Positions 1 to 8,565 of a stretch of DNA of 55,045 nucleotides are shown piece after piece. Each line of letters opens with the position of its first letter. Positions within the stretch are counted from its first letter, which is position 1. Made by a program: the position numbers and the translations under genes. The notes under the pieces are model-generated. The model ran no database searches. It was not told the origin of the DNA and saw only the letters and a program-made list of their open reading frames with translations. This stretch comes from Chitinimonas sp. (GTDB lineage: Bacteria; Pseudomonadota; Gammaproteobacteria; Burkholderiales; Chitinimonadaceae), in assembly GCF_041904975.1 (NCBI RefSeq), contig NZ_JAYRLZ010000001.1:1-55045 (forward strand). Reading direction: 5' to 3'.

Positions 1-710
1 ATGATCTTCATCAGGGCGGCGATACCGTCGTCCACATAGGTGAAGGCACGCTTTTGCTGGCCGCCATCCACCAGCTTGATCGGCTCACCGCGCACGATAT
101 GGCCGAGGAACTGGGTGATGACGCGGCTGGAGCCTTCCTTGGCGGTATGGATATTGTCGAGCCCGGCACCGATCCAGTTGAACGGGCGGAACAGGGTGTA
201 ATCGAGCCCTTCGCTCATGCCATAGGCGTGAATCACCCGGTCCATCAGCTGCTTGGAGCAAGCGTAGATCCAGCGTGGCTTGTTGATCGGGCCGTAGATC
301 AGTTCAGAGTTTTCCGGGTCGAACTCGCCGTCGCGGCACATGCCGTACACCTCGCTGGTGGACGGGAACAGGATGCGCTTCTTGTACTTCACCGCCTGGC
401 GCACGATGGGCAGATTGGCCTCGAAGTCCAGCTCGAACACGCGCAGCGGGTCTTTCACATAGGTGGCCGGCGTGGCAATCGCCACCAGGGGCAGGATCAC
501 ATCGCACTTGCGCACGTGGTATTCGATCCATTCCTTGTTGATGGTGATATCGCCTTCAAAGAAATGAAAGCGCGGATGATCCAGCCATTCGCTCACCCGC
601 TCGGTATTCATGTCCATGCCGTAGACCTCCCAATCGGTGGTCTCGATGATGCGCTTGGTCAGATGGTGGCCGATAAAGCCGTTGACGCCGAGGATAAGGA
701 TTTTTTTCAT
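1..710 (-). CDS. UDP-glucuronic acid oxidase/decarboxylase, NAD-dependent epimerase family (stand-alone ArnA C-terminal domain); 3' end outside the window
   Basis: Not in the ORF track because it is truncated. The reverse strand from ATG at 710 reads [17 protein letters not shown] (GxxGxxG Rossmann motif), later STSEVYG and RWIYACSK. It lies in an arn cluster. Confidence 0.9.
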   Translation of the reverse strand, partial: MKKILILGVNGFIGHHLTKRIIETTDWEVYGMDMNTERVSEWLDHPRFHFFEGDITINKEWIEYHVRKCDVILPLVAIATPATYVKDPLRVFELDFEANLPIVRQAVKYKKRILFPSTSEVYGMCRDGEFDPENSELIYGPINKPRWIYACSKQLMDRVIHAYGMSEGLDYTLFRPFNWIGAGLDNIHTAKEGSSRVITQFLGHIVRGEPIKLVDGGQQKRAFTYVDDGIAALMKI

Positions 711-920
711 GGTGGGTTTTCCTGGGATGCCGACGGTCTTCGGCCAGAGTTTCGGTGACGGCAACCGCCTAGCTACCGGCTGCCCAAATCAATCGGCGCG
801 ATTTTACCGCATAAGGGCGCGGCTTCTAGCCTGATTGCACAATGGTGTAGTTCGCCGGGTGCGATAAGCGGTCTTGGGCAGTTGTCTGCACTGCATCCCC
901 TTGCAGCAAACTCTGCCGGC

Positions 921-1841
921 TCAGCTCAGGGCCAAGTGAGTCGCGCCAAAGTGCCTGGCGAAGGTTTCGGCATCAAGCATCGCCCCATCGAGTTCCGCCT
1001 CCAGCACACGCAAGCGGCTACCGTCTGCGCAGTGCAATACCAGCATGCCGTCCTGCACGGCCAGATGGCTGGCGGCGATGGGGGCTGTGTCGGGCAATCG
1101 CCAGGTACGCCACACCACCAGCCGCTTGCTGCCGATATCGGCAAAGGCGCCGGGGTAGGGCTTGCTCAGTGCCCGCACAAAATCATGGATGCGCCGGGCC
1201 GGCCAGGACCAGTCCAGACGCCCGTCCTCCGGCTTGCGGCCGCCAAAATAGCCGCCCAGGCTCAGGTCTTGTACGGTCAGCGGATGGGTGCCGGACAGCA
1301 GTGCAGGCAGGCAGCGCCATAGCACCTGTTCCGCCGCTACCGTTACCTTGCCGAATACCTCGTGTGCGGTGTCGTCAGGCAGGATGGGCACGGCTTGCTG
1401 ATCGACAATGGCGCCGTTGTCGGGCTTTTCATTCATGACATGCAAGGTGGCGCCGGTTTCGGTCTCGCCGCGCAGCACCGCCCAGTTCACCGGCACCCGT
1501 CCACGGTATTGCGGCAGCAGCGAGCCGTGCATGTTGTAGGCGCCACGCGGTGCTATCGCCAGCAACGGCGCCTTGAGCATATGGCGGTAGTAGAAGGAGA
1601 ACAGGAAGTCGGGCTGGGCAGCGCTGACCGCCGCGATCACTTCCGGCGTATTCGGGTCGTCGGGCGTGATCACCGCAATGCCGTGCCGGCTGGCCAGCTC
1701 GGCCACGCTGTCAAACCAGATGGTTTCGCTGGGGTTGTCGCGGTGGGTAACCACCAAGGCCACATGGACGCCACGCGCCAGCAAGGTGGCAAGGCAGCGT
1801 ACGCCGACATTGTGGTAGGCAAAAACGACGGCGGTGTGCAT
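921..1841 (-). CDS. UDP-L-Ara4N formyltransferase (stand-alone ArnA N-terminal domain)
   Basis: VVFAYHNVG, FSFYYR and NMHGSLLPQYRGRVPVNWA formyltransferase motifs; arn cluster context. Confidence 0.9.
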   Translation of the reverse strand: MHTAVVFAYHNVGVRCLATLLARGVHVALVVTHRDNPSETIWFDSVAELASRHGIAVITPDDPNTPEVIAAVSAAQPDFLFSFYYRHMLKAPLLAIAPRGAYNMHGSLLPQYRGRVPVNWAVLRGETETGATLHVMNEKPDNGAIVDQQAVPILPDDTAHEVFGKVTVAAEQVLWRCLPALLSGTHPLTVQDLSLGGYFGGRKPEDGRLDWSWPARRIHDFVRALSKPYPGAFADIGSKRLVVWRTWRLPDTAPIAASHLAVQDGMLVLHCADGSRLRVLEAELDGAMLDAETFARHFGATHLALS

Positions 1842-2779
1842 CAGTCGTCCTTCTTTTCCAGCACTGCTGCCACCATATAGCGCGGCCGGCGGCGGACTTC
1901 CTGGTAGATGCGGCCGGTGTATTCGCCGAGCATGCCGATGCCGAACAGCGCAATGCCGATCAGAAAGAAAGCAATACCGAACAGGGTGAACAGCCCGCCT
2001 TCTTCCGGCCCGAGAATCAGGCGACGTGCGGCGAGAATCACCACCAACACGCCGGACAGCAGCGAGATGGCCATGCCCAGCATGGAAAAGAACTGCAGCG
2101 GCACAATCGAAAAACCGGTCATCAGGTCGAAGTTCAGCCGGATCAGGCTGTACAGCGAGTATTTCGACTCACCGGCAAAGCGCTCTTCGTGGCCCACCAC
2201 TACCTCGGTCGGGTTTTGCGAGAACTGGTAGGCCAGCGCCGGGATAAAAGTATGCATTTCCTGGCATTGATTGATGGTGTCGATGATGCGCCGGCTATAG
2301 GCGCGCAGCATGCAGCCCTGGTCGGTCATGGTGATGCCGGTGATGCGCTCGCGCAGCCCGTTCATGGCGCGCGAAGCGACGTGGCGCCACCAGGAATCAT
2401 TGCGCTGGCGGCGGATCGAGCCGACATAGTCAAAGCCCTTGTCCATCTCGGCCAGCAAGGTGGCAATGTCTTCCGGCGGGTTCTGCAGATCGGCATCGAG
2501 CGTGACGATGCGCTCGCCACGACTATGCGCAAAACCGGCCAGAATGGCGCGATGCTGGCCGAAATTGCCATCGAACAGCACCACCCGGGTGACATCGCTA
2601 CGCTTGTGGAACTGCTCGGCCAGAATGCGCGGCGAAGCATCGCGACTGCCATCGTTGACGAAGATCACCTCATACATCACGCCCAACCGGTCGAGCGCCG
2701 GGTAGAGCCGGTCAAACAAGGCCTGCAGGCCTTCTTCTTCGTTGTAGACGGGGATGATGACGGAGAGGTTTGGGGTCAT
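1841..2779 (-). CDS. arnC: Undecaprenyl-phosphate Ara4FN transferase (GT2)
   Basis: LSVIIPVYNEE, NDGSRD and DADLQNPPE motifs plus two C-terminal TM helices. Start reassigned to MTPNLS. Confidence 0.88.
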   Translation of the reverse strand: MTPNLSVIIPVYNEEEGLQALFDRLYPALDRLGVMYEVIFVNDGSRDASPRILAEQFHKRSDVTRVVLFDGNFGQHRAILAGFAHSRGERIVTLDADLQNPPEDIATLLAEMDKGFDYVGSIRRQRNDSWWRHVASRAMNGLRERITGITMTDQGCMLRAYSRRIIDTINQCQEMHTFIPALAYQFSQNPTEVVVGHEERFAGESKYSLYSLIRLNFDLMTGFSIVPLQFFSMLGMAISLLSGVLVVILAARRLILGPEEGGLFTLFGIAFFLIGIALFGIGMLGEYTGRIYQEVRRRPRYMVAAVLEKKDD

Positions 2780-2889
2780 GGCTTGAAACGTTTCGATTTT
2801 TGGGAGCGGGAGGTGCTTGCCGTGCCAGACGATTTTGGTACGCATTGGGCGTAGTGAAAGCGCAGCGTATTGCGCCGCATGTGCAGCAA

Positions 2890-3000
2890 GTAGCCCGGAT
2901 GAAACGTAGTGCAATCCGGGGGCGGACGATAGTCCGCGTTGCCTTTACATGCAAGCCTCGCGGCTTGCCCCCGGATTCCGCTGCACTGCATCCAGGCGAC
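2890..3000. repeat. Degenerate GTAG-type REP doublet (REPIN-like)
   Basis: GTAGCCCGGATGAAACGTAGTGCAATCCGGG (2890-2920) and an inverted diverged copy CCCGGATTCCGCTGCACTGCATCCAGGCGAC (2970-3000). Confidence 0.7.
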
Positions 3001-3003
3001 GCA

Positions 3004-4134
3004 TCACGCCCGCAACTCGCCAATCACCTCGCGCACTGCCGCGCATACCCGCAACACATCCTCATCCCGCATCGCCGGGAACAGCGGCAGGGTGACGGTG
3101 CTGGCGCCGATATGTTCGGCTACCGGGAAGTCGCCTTGCTTGCAGCCGCGTTGGCGGAACAGGGTGAAAAGATGCATGGCCGGATAGTGCACGCCGATGG
3201 CGATGCCGCGCTGCGTCATCGCTTCGATAAAAGCCGGGCGGCCACCTTTGAGCTGGTCAAGCGGCAGCAAGGGTTGGAACATATGCCAGTTGCTGTTTTC
3301 GAAGTCGGCCAGCGGCAGGGTAAAGCCGAGGCTTCGGTCGAAGTGTTCGAAATACCGGCGGGCCAAGTGGCGGCGCCGGGCGTTGAATTCATCCAGGCGC
3401 TTGAGCTGGCCCAGGCCGATGGCGGCGGCGACGTCGGTGAGGTTGGCCTTGCCGCCCAGCACATCGCAATCCATGGTGCCATCGGCAAAGCGGGTGACGC
3501 CTTGCAGGCGCAATTTTTCGAACAGGCGCGCTTCGTCTTCGGTATTCATCACCAGGCAGCCGCCCTCGGCGGTGGTGATGTTCTTGTTGGCATGAAAGCT
3601 GAACGACACCAGGTCGCCAAAGCTGCCCAAGCGCCGGCCGCCCCAGCTCGAACCCATGCTTTGCGCGGCGTCTTCGACGACGCGCAGGCCATGCTGCTTG
3701 GCAATGGCGTACAGGCGGTCGCGGTCCACCGGCAAGCCGGCCAGGTCGACCGGGATGATGGCGCGAGTTTTAGGGGTAATGGCGGCTTCGATCTTGTCGA
3801 GGTCGATATTGCGCGTTGTCGGGTCGGCATCGACAAATACCGGCGTGGCGCCCACCGTCAGGCAGATATTGGCGGTGGCGACCCAGCTCATCGGCGTGGT
3901 GATCACCTCATCGCCCGCGCCGATGCCGGCCAGCTTCAGCGCCAGCTCCATGGCGGCGGTGGCCGAGTTGATCAGGCGTACCGGCCGGCCGCCACAGTAT
4001 TCCGATAACTTGGCTTCCAGTTCACGGCATTTCGGCCCTGTGGTGATCCAGCCGGAGCGCAGCACATTGGCTACGTCGGCAATGGTGGCTTCGTCGATAT
4101 CGGGGCGGGTAAAGGGCAGGAAGTCCTGGCTCAT
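3004..4134 (-). CDS. arnB: UDP-4-amino-4-deoxy-L-arabinose aminotransferase (DegT/DnrJ family)
   Basis: SGWITTGPK, EDAAQ and SFHANKNITTAEGG PLP-lysine motif. Confidence 0.9.
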   Translation of the reverse strand: MSQDFLPFTRPDIDEATIADVANVLRSGWITTGPKCRELEAKLSEYCGGRPVRLINSATAAMELALKLAGIGAGDEVITTPMSWVATANICLTVGATPVFVDADPTTRNIDLDKIEAAITPKTRAIIPVDLAGLPVDRDRLYAIAKQHGLRVVEDAAQSMGSSWGGRRLGSFGDLVSFSFHANKNITTAEGGCLVMNTEDEARLFEKLRLQGVTRFADGTMDCDVLGGKANLTDVAAAIGLGQLKRLDEFNARRRHLARRYFEHFDRSLGFTLPLADFENSNWHMFQPLLPLDQLKGGRPAFIEAMTQRGIAIGVHYPAMHLFTLFRQRGCKQGDFPVAEHIGASTVTLPLFPAMRDEDVLRVCAAVREVIGELRA

Positions 4135-4152
4135 GGTGGTATCCGATTTTAT

Positions 4153-5808
4153 TCAGGGTTTGGCGACGACGACGCGGCGCAGATCGCGGTAGATGACGCG
4201 CATCGGCAATTGTTGTGCGGCGAGTTGCGCGTAGACATCCGGTCCCATATAGGCAATTGCACGGCGCGCCGCCTGCCAGCGCGGGTAGAAGTCGCTCAGT
4301 TTCGCAATGCCGGTGGCCGGCTTGAACTGCCAGCCATATTCAAATTCATCGATGTAATCCACCAAGGTGACGCTGCGGCCGAGGTAGAACGGCAGGGTTT
4401 GCTCATAGGTGCGCAGCGAAAACACTTCGGTGTCGGCGCTGAGCTCGGGGCGGACCTGTTCTACCAGCGCCTTGCTGGTCTTCATGGTGGCGTAGTGGTG
4501 ATGCCCCATGGCCGAGAGCGATACTGCCAGCACACTGCCCAGCGCCATCGCGCCGATGGCACACAGGCGCCGCCCGGCGCGCAGCTGCCACCAAGCGACG
4601 CCACTGGCGATCAGGTAGAGCAGGGCACCGGCGCCAATAAAGCGGGCGAGGGCGGTCAATAAGGGCGCCGGCACATCGGCGCTGGCAAAGTGGTCGGCAA
4701 AGGGCGCCACCGCAAGCAGCACCAGCCACAACAAGGCTGGCAGCCACAGATGGCGGCGCAGCTCGGTGGCATTGAGATGGTGCAGATGGTGAGCCACCAG
4801 CAAGGCCAGCGCGCCGAACATCGGCAAGATATAAGACGGCAGCTTGGAGCCGGAGGCACTGAAAAACACAAAGATAAAGCCGGACCAGGCCAGCAGCAGC
4901 CAACCGGGATGGCCGATCTTGCGGCTACCAGCCAAGGCGCGCCACACCGCACTAGGCAGCAGGCTGGTCCACGGTAACAGGCCGGCCAGCAATAGCGGCA
5001 CGAAATACCACCAGGCGCCCACCCGGTTGTGTTCGGTGGTGGTAAAGCGTTCGAAATGTTCGTGGATAAAGAAAAAGTGCGCAAAGCCCGGGTTGCGTAG
5101 CGACACCAGCACGAACCAAGGCGCGGCAAGGGCGGTGAAGATGGCCAGGCCCGATAGCCAGCGCATCCGTCCCCAGAAGCGCCACTGCCAGGTAAACAGG
5201 CTATAGCCGACCAGGGTGGCACCAGGGATCACCAGCCCGATCAAACCCTTGCTGAGCATGGCGCCGGCCATGGCGGCCCAGCACAGCGCCATCCAGCGCG
5301 ATGCCGCCTGCTGGCTTGTTTGTGGGTGAAAAGCCAGCAGCAGGCTGCACAGTGCCAGCTGCAGGAAAAAGCTCAAGCCCATGTCCAGGGTCAAGAGATG
5401 CCCGTTGGTGATCACCCAGGTGGTACCGGCCATCACCATCGCGGCCAGCCAGCCGGTTTGCTCATCCCACAGGCGCCTCGCGGTGAAACCGGCCAGGGCG
5501 ATCGAGCCAAAGCCGCACAGGGCCGGCCACAGGCGCGCCGAAAACTCGTTCACCCCGAACAGCTTGTAGGCGATGACGGTGGCCCAATATTGCAGCGGCG
5601 GCTTTTCAAAATACAGAAAGCCATTGAGACGCGGCGTCACCCAGTCGCCGGAGCGCAGCATCTCCAGTGCAATGGTGGCATAACGGCCTTCGTCGGCATG
5701 AATCAAGGCGCGGTAGCCGAGCCAGCCGAACCACAGCAGGGCAAAGCCGGTCCAGATCAGCCAGGCATTGCGGCGGGCATGGGCGGGGCTAAAAAAATAA
5801 GGGTTCAT
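4153..5808 (-). CDS. arnT: Lipid A 4-amino-4-deoxy-L-arabinose transferase (ArnT/PMT family)
   Basis: DEGRYA, YFEKPPL and SKLPSYILP motifs; polytopic membrane protein. Start (MNPYFF) is approximate. Confidence 0.88.
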   Translation of the reverse strand: MNPYFFSPAHARRNAWLIWTGFALLWFGWLGYRALIHADEGRYATIALEMLRSGDWVTPRLNGFLYFEKPPLQYWATVIAYKLFGVNEFSARLWPALCGFGSIALAGFTARRLWDEQTGWLAAMVMAGTTWVITNGHLLTLDMGLSFFLQLALCSLLLAFHPQTSQQAASRWMALCWAAMAGAMLSKGLIGLVIPGATLVGYSLFTWQWRFWGRMRWLSGLAIFTALAAPWFVLVSLRNPGFAHFFFIHEHFERFTTTEHNRVGAWWYFVPLLLAGLLPWTSLLPSAVWRALAGSRKIGHPGWLLLAWSGFIFVFFSASGSKLPSYILPMFGALALLVAHHLHHLNATELRRHLWLPALLWLVLLAVAPFADHFASADVPAPLLTALARFIGAGALLYLIASGVAWWQLRAGRRLCAIGAMALGSVLAVSLSAMGHHHYATMKTSKALVEQVRPELSADTEVFSLRTYEQTLPFYLGRSVTLVDYIDEFEYGWQFKPATGIAKLSDFYPRWQAARRAIAYMGPDVYAQLAAQQLPMRVIYRDLRRVVVAKP

Positions 5809-5885
5809 CGCGGGCAGAAAAGGCTGGCAGACGCCGGTTGGCGGCAAAGCCGCTTATCATACAGCCCTTCGCCGGAGACAGACCC

Positions 5886-6365
5886 ATGAAAACCCTCAAG
5901 CCAGCCGATCTCGATGATCTGACCAGCCGCGCCGCCAGCGCGCCACGCCTGCGTGCCCACCACAATTTCCACCCCAGCCATGACGCGCCGGTACAGCGCC
6001 TTACCATTGCCATGGAGCCGGACACCTATGTGCGCCCGCACCGCCATCCGCAAAGCTGGGAGCTATTGATTCCGCTGCGCGGCAGCTTTCTGTTCACCGC
6101 CTATGACGAAGCCGGCAGCGTGCTGTGGCGGCACAAGCTCGGTGGCAGCGATGGTCTGGCGGCGTTCGAATTCGAAGCCGGCACCTGGCATACCGTGGCA
6201 TCGCTGGAAGCGGGTAGTGTGATTTTCGAAGTCAAGCAGGGCGCCTATGTGCCGGTCGGCCCCACCGATGCGGCCAGCTGGGCGCCCGAGGAAGGCAGTG
6301 CCGCGGCCGCCGCCTTCGTTGCAGATTTGCATCGCGCCGCCGGGCAATTGAGCGTTGCTGCTTGA
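5886..6365 (+). CDS. WbuC-family cupin-fold metalloprotein
   Basis: SPR-R-HHNFH-like N-terminus, YVRPHRH, GTWHT and FEVKQG motifs; GGAG RBS before ATG 5886. Confidence 0.8.
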   Translation: MKTLKPADLDDLTSRAASAPRLRAHHNFHPSHDAPVQRLTIAMEPDTYVRPHRHPQSWELLIPLRGSFLFTAYDEAGSVLWRHKLGGSDGLAAFEFEAGTWHTVASLEAGSVIFEVKQGAYVPVGPTDAASWAPEEGSAAAAAFVADLHRAAGQLSVAA

Positions 6366-6479
6366 TGCAGGCGGCGCTTCGCGCTCTGATTGCCGCCCTG
6401 TTGTAATAGCGCGCCTGGCTGCCAAGTAGCAGGCGGCACCGGGCCCGCAGGTTTTACCCTCCCATTTCAAGGAATCATC

Positions 6480-8345
6480 ATGAATCGTTTTGCCGCGCTG
6501 TGCGCCGGCATGGTGCTGACGGCTGCTGCAGCGGCCGTGCAGGCTGCCAGCCCTGCTCCTGTGACTTCGGCCCCGGCCGTGTGGAATCTGACTGAACTCT
6601 ACGCCAGCCCGGCAGCCTGGGAGACCGAACGCCTCGCCATCCAGGCGCAATTGCCGACCTTGGCGGCGCACAAGGGCAAGCTGGCAACGGATGCCCCAAG
6701 TCTGCTCAATGCCTTGGATGCCGTATCGGCGCTGCGCAAGCGCCTCTACCGCTTGAGTCTGTACGCCAGCCTCAAGGCCGACGAAGACACCCGGATTGGC
6801 GAAAATGAGGCGCGGCGCCAGCTGGCCAATAGTCTCGACAGCAAGTTCGGCGAGGCCATTGCCTATCTGGGGCCGGAAATCACCGCATTGGGTGCGGCCA
6901 AGGTCAATGCCTTCCTCGCTGCCGAGCCGCGCCTGGCCAAGCACCGCTATTTTTTGCAGAACAGCCTGCGCCTGGCTGATCACACCCTGAGCCAGAAGGA
7001 AGAGACACTGCTGGCCGCGGCAGGTGAGCCGCTGCAACAGCCCGGTGCCATTTATGAATTGCTGGCCAATGCCGATATTCCTTGGCCGACCATCAAGATC
7101 CGTGACAAATCGGTAAGGCTGGATCAGGAAGGCTATGTGGCGGCGCGCTCTGATCGCGACCCTGCCGTGCGCAAACAGGTATTCGATACCTTCTGGCCGC
7201 AGTTCAAGCAGTTCGAGCGCACCTTCGGCGCCACCTATGCCGCCAATCTGCGTGGCACGGTGTTCCAGGCCAAGGCGCGCCAGTATCCCAATTCGCTGGC
7301 GATGGCGCTGAGCCCCTACAACACGCCGGAAGCCGTATACCGCACCCTGGTGGCCGAGACCAATGCCGGCCTGCCCACCCTGCATCGTTACTTTGCCTTG
7401 AGCAAGAAGCTGCTCGGCCTGAAAGAGCTGCGCTATTCGGATATATACGTGCCGCTGGCCAAGCCGCCGCGCGCCTATACCCTGGCGGAAGCGCAGCAGC
7501 TGACGCTGGAGGCGGTCAAACCCTTGGGGCAGGAGTATGCGAGCGATCTGAGCCGCGGCTTTGCTGGTGGCTGGATGCATGCACTGCCGCAGCCGGGCAA
7601 GGCTTCGGGCGCCTATATGAACGGCGCCGCCTATGATCTGCACCCCTATCTGTTGATGAGTTTCAGCGGTGGCTGGGAGAGCGTTTCCACCCTGGCTCAC
7701 GAGTGGGGCCATGCCATGCATACGGTGCAGGCCAACCGCGCCCAGCCCTTCGAGACCGCCGACTATGCGCTGTTCATCGCCGAAATTCCGTCTACCACCA
7801 ATGAGATGCTGCTGGCCGACCATGTGATCGCGAATGCGCGCACCAAGGCCGAGAAGATCTTCGCCATCAGCCAGGAGCTGGAACTTTTGCGCTCCACTTT
7901 CTTCCGCCAGGCCATGTTTGCCGAGTTCGAGCTGGCTGCGCACGAGGCCATCGAGCGCGGCGAGGCGCTGACTGGCGAGCAGCTCAGCAAGATGTATCTG
8001 GACCTGCTCAAGCGCTATCACGGCGACCAACAGGGGGTGATGAAGATCGATGATCTGTATGGCATCGAGTGGGCCTATATCTCGCACTTCTATCGTGACT
8101 TCTATGTATTCCAGTACGCCACCTCCATCAGTGCTGCTGCCTACTTTGCCGATGGCATCGAGCGTGGCGATGCCACGGTGCGGCAGAAATACTTCGATAT
8201 GCTGCGCGCCGGTGGTTCGGCCGACCCTTACCAGATCGTCAAGGCAGCCGGCCTCGATATGGCCAGCCCGACGCCCTACCGCGCACTGGTCAAGCGTATG
8301 GATCGACTGATGGATGAGCTGGAGCGGGTACAGGCAGGCAACTGA
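6480..8345 (+). CDS. pepF: Oligoendopeptidase F (M3B) with predicted signal peptide
   Basis: GKASGAY, HPY, TLAHEWGHAMH zinc motif, AEIPST and FYVFQYATS; AAGGA RBS; hydrophobic N-terminus ending VQA. Confidence 0.88.
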   Translation: MNRFAALCAGMVLTAAAAAVQAASPAPVTSAPAVWNLTELYASPAAWETERLAIQAQLPTLAAHKGKLATDAPSLLNALDAVSALRKRLYRLSLYASLKADEDTRIGENEARRQLANSLDSKFGEAIAYLGPEITALGAAKVNAFLAAEPRLAKHRYFLQNSLRLADHTLSQKEETLLAAAGEPLQQPGAIYELLANADIPWPTIKIRDKSVRLDQEGYVAARSDRDPAVRKQVFDTFWPQFKQFERTFGATYAANLRGTVFQAKARQYPNSLAMALSPYNTPEAVYRTLVAETNAGLPTLHRYFALSKKLLGLKELRYSDIYVPLAKPPRAYTLAEAQQLTLEAVKPLGQEYASDLSRGFAGGWMHALPQPGKASGAYMNGAAYDLHPYLLMSFSGGWESVSTLAHEWGHAMHTVQANRAQPFETADYALFIAEIPSTTNEMLLADHVIANARTKAEKIFAISQELELLRSTFFRQAMFAEFELAAHEAIERGEALTGEQLSKMYLDLLKRYHGDQQGVMKIDDLYGIEWAYISHFYRDFYVFQYATSISAAAYFADGIERGDATVRQKYFDMLRAGGSADPYQIVKAAGLDMASPTPYRALVKRMDRLMDELERVQAGN

Positions 8346-8353
8346 CAGGCTTG

Positions 8354-8392
8354 CGCCGGTTCGATCATGCGGCACGCATGTGCGAACCGGTG
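8354..8392. terminator. Stem-loop downstream of pepF
   Basis: CCGGTTCG/CGAACCGG outer stem and CATGCG/CGCATG inner stem between convergent genes; no clear U-tract. Confidence 0.45.
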
Positions 8393-8402
8393 AAAGCTGA
8401 TA

Positions 8403-8475
8403 GCAGGAGCGGCTTTTGCCGAGAATGCCCTGTTTTCGGTAACAGCCAGGTGTTCGCGGCCATAGCCGCTCCTGC
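8403..8475. repeat. REP doublet (REPIN-like)
   Basis: GCAGGAGCGGCTTTTGCCGAGA (8403-8424) and inverted TCGCGGCCATAGCCGCTCCTGC (8454-8475), resembling GTAGGAGCGGCTnnAGCCGCGA-type REPs. Confidence 0.7.
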
Positions 8476-8565
8476 AAAGCAATAAGCAGGGTTGATTTCC
8501 TTGCCAAGCCGGCAGGCCAGTCACTTGGCATGGCTGGCTGCTGGTTTATTCCTGCCGGGGCACCA

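Noticed and set aside
54-758. 234-aa plus-strand ORF at the left edge, and 54007-55035 on the minus strand at the right edge
   Set aside because: Shadows of the real truncated genes (ArnA-type decarboxylase and prolyl oligopeptidase), which the ORF track omitted.
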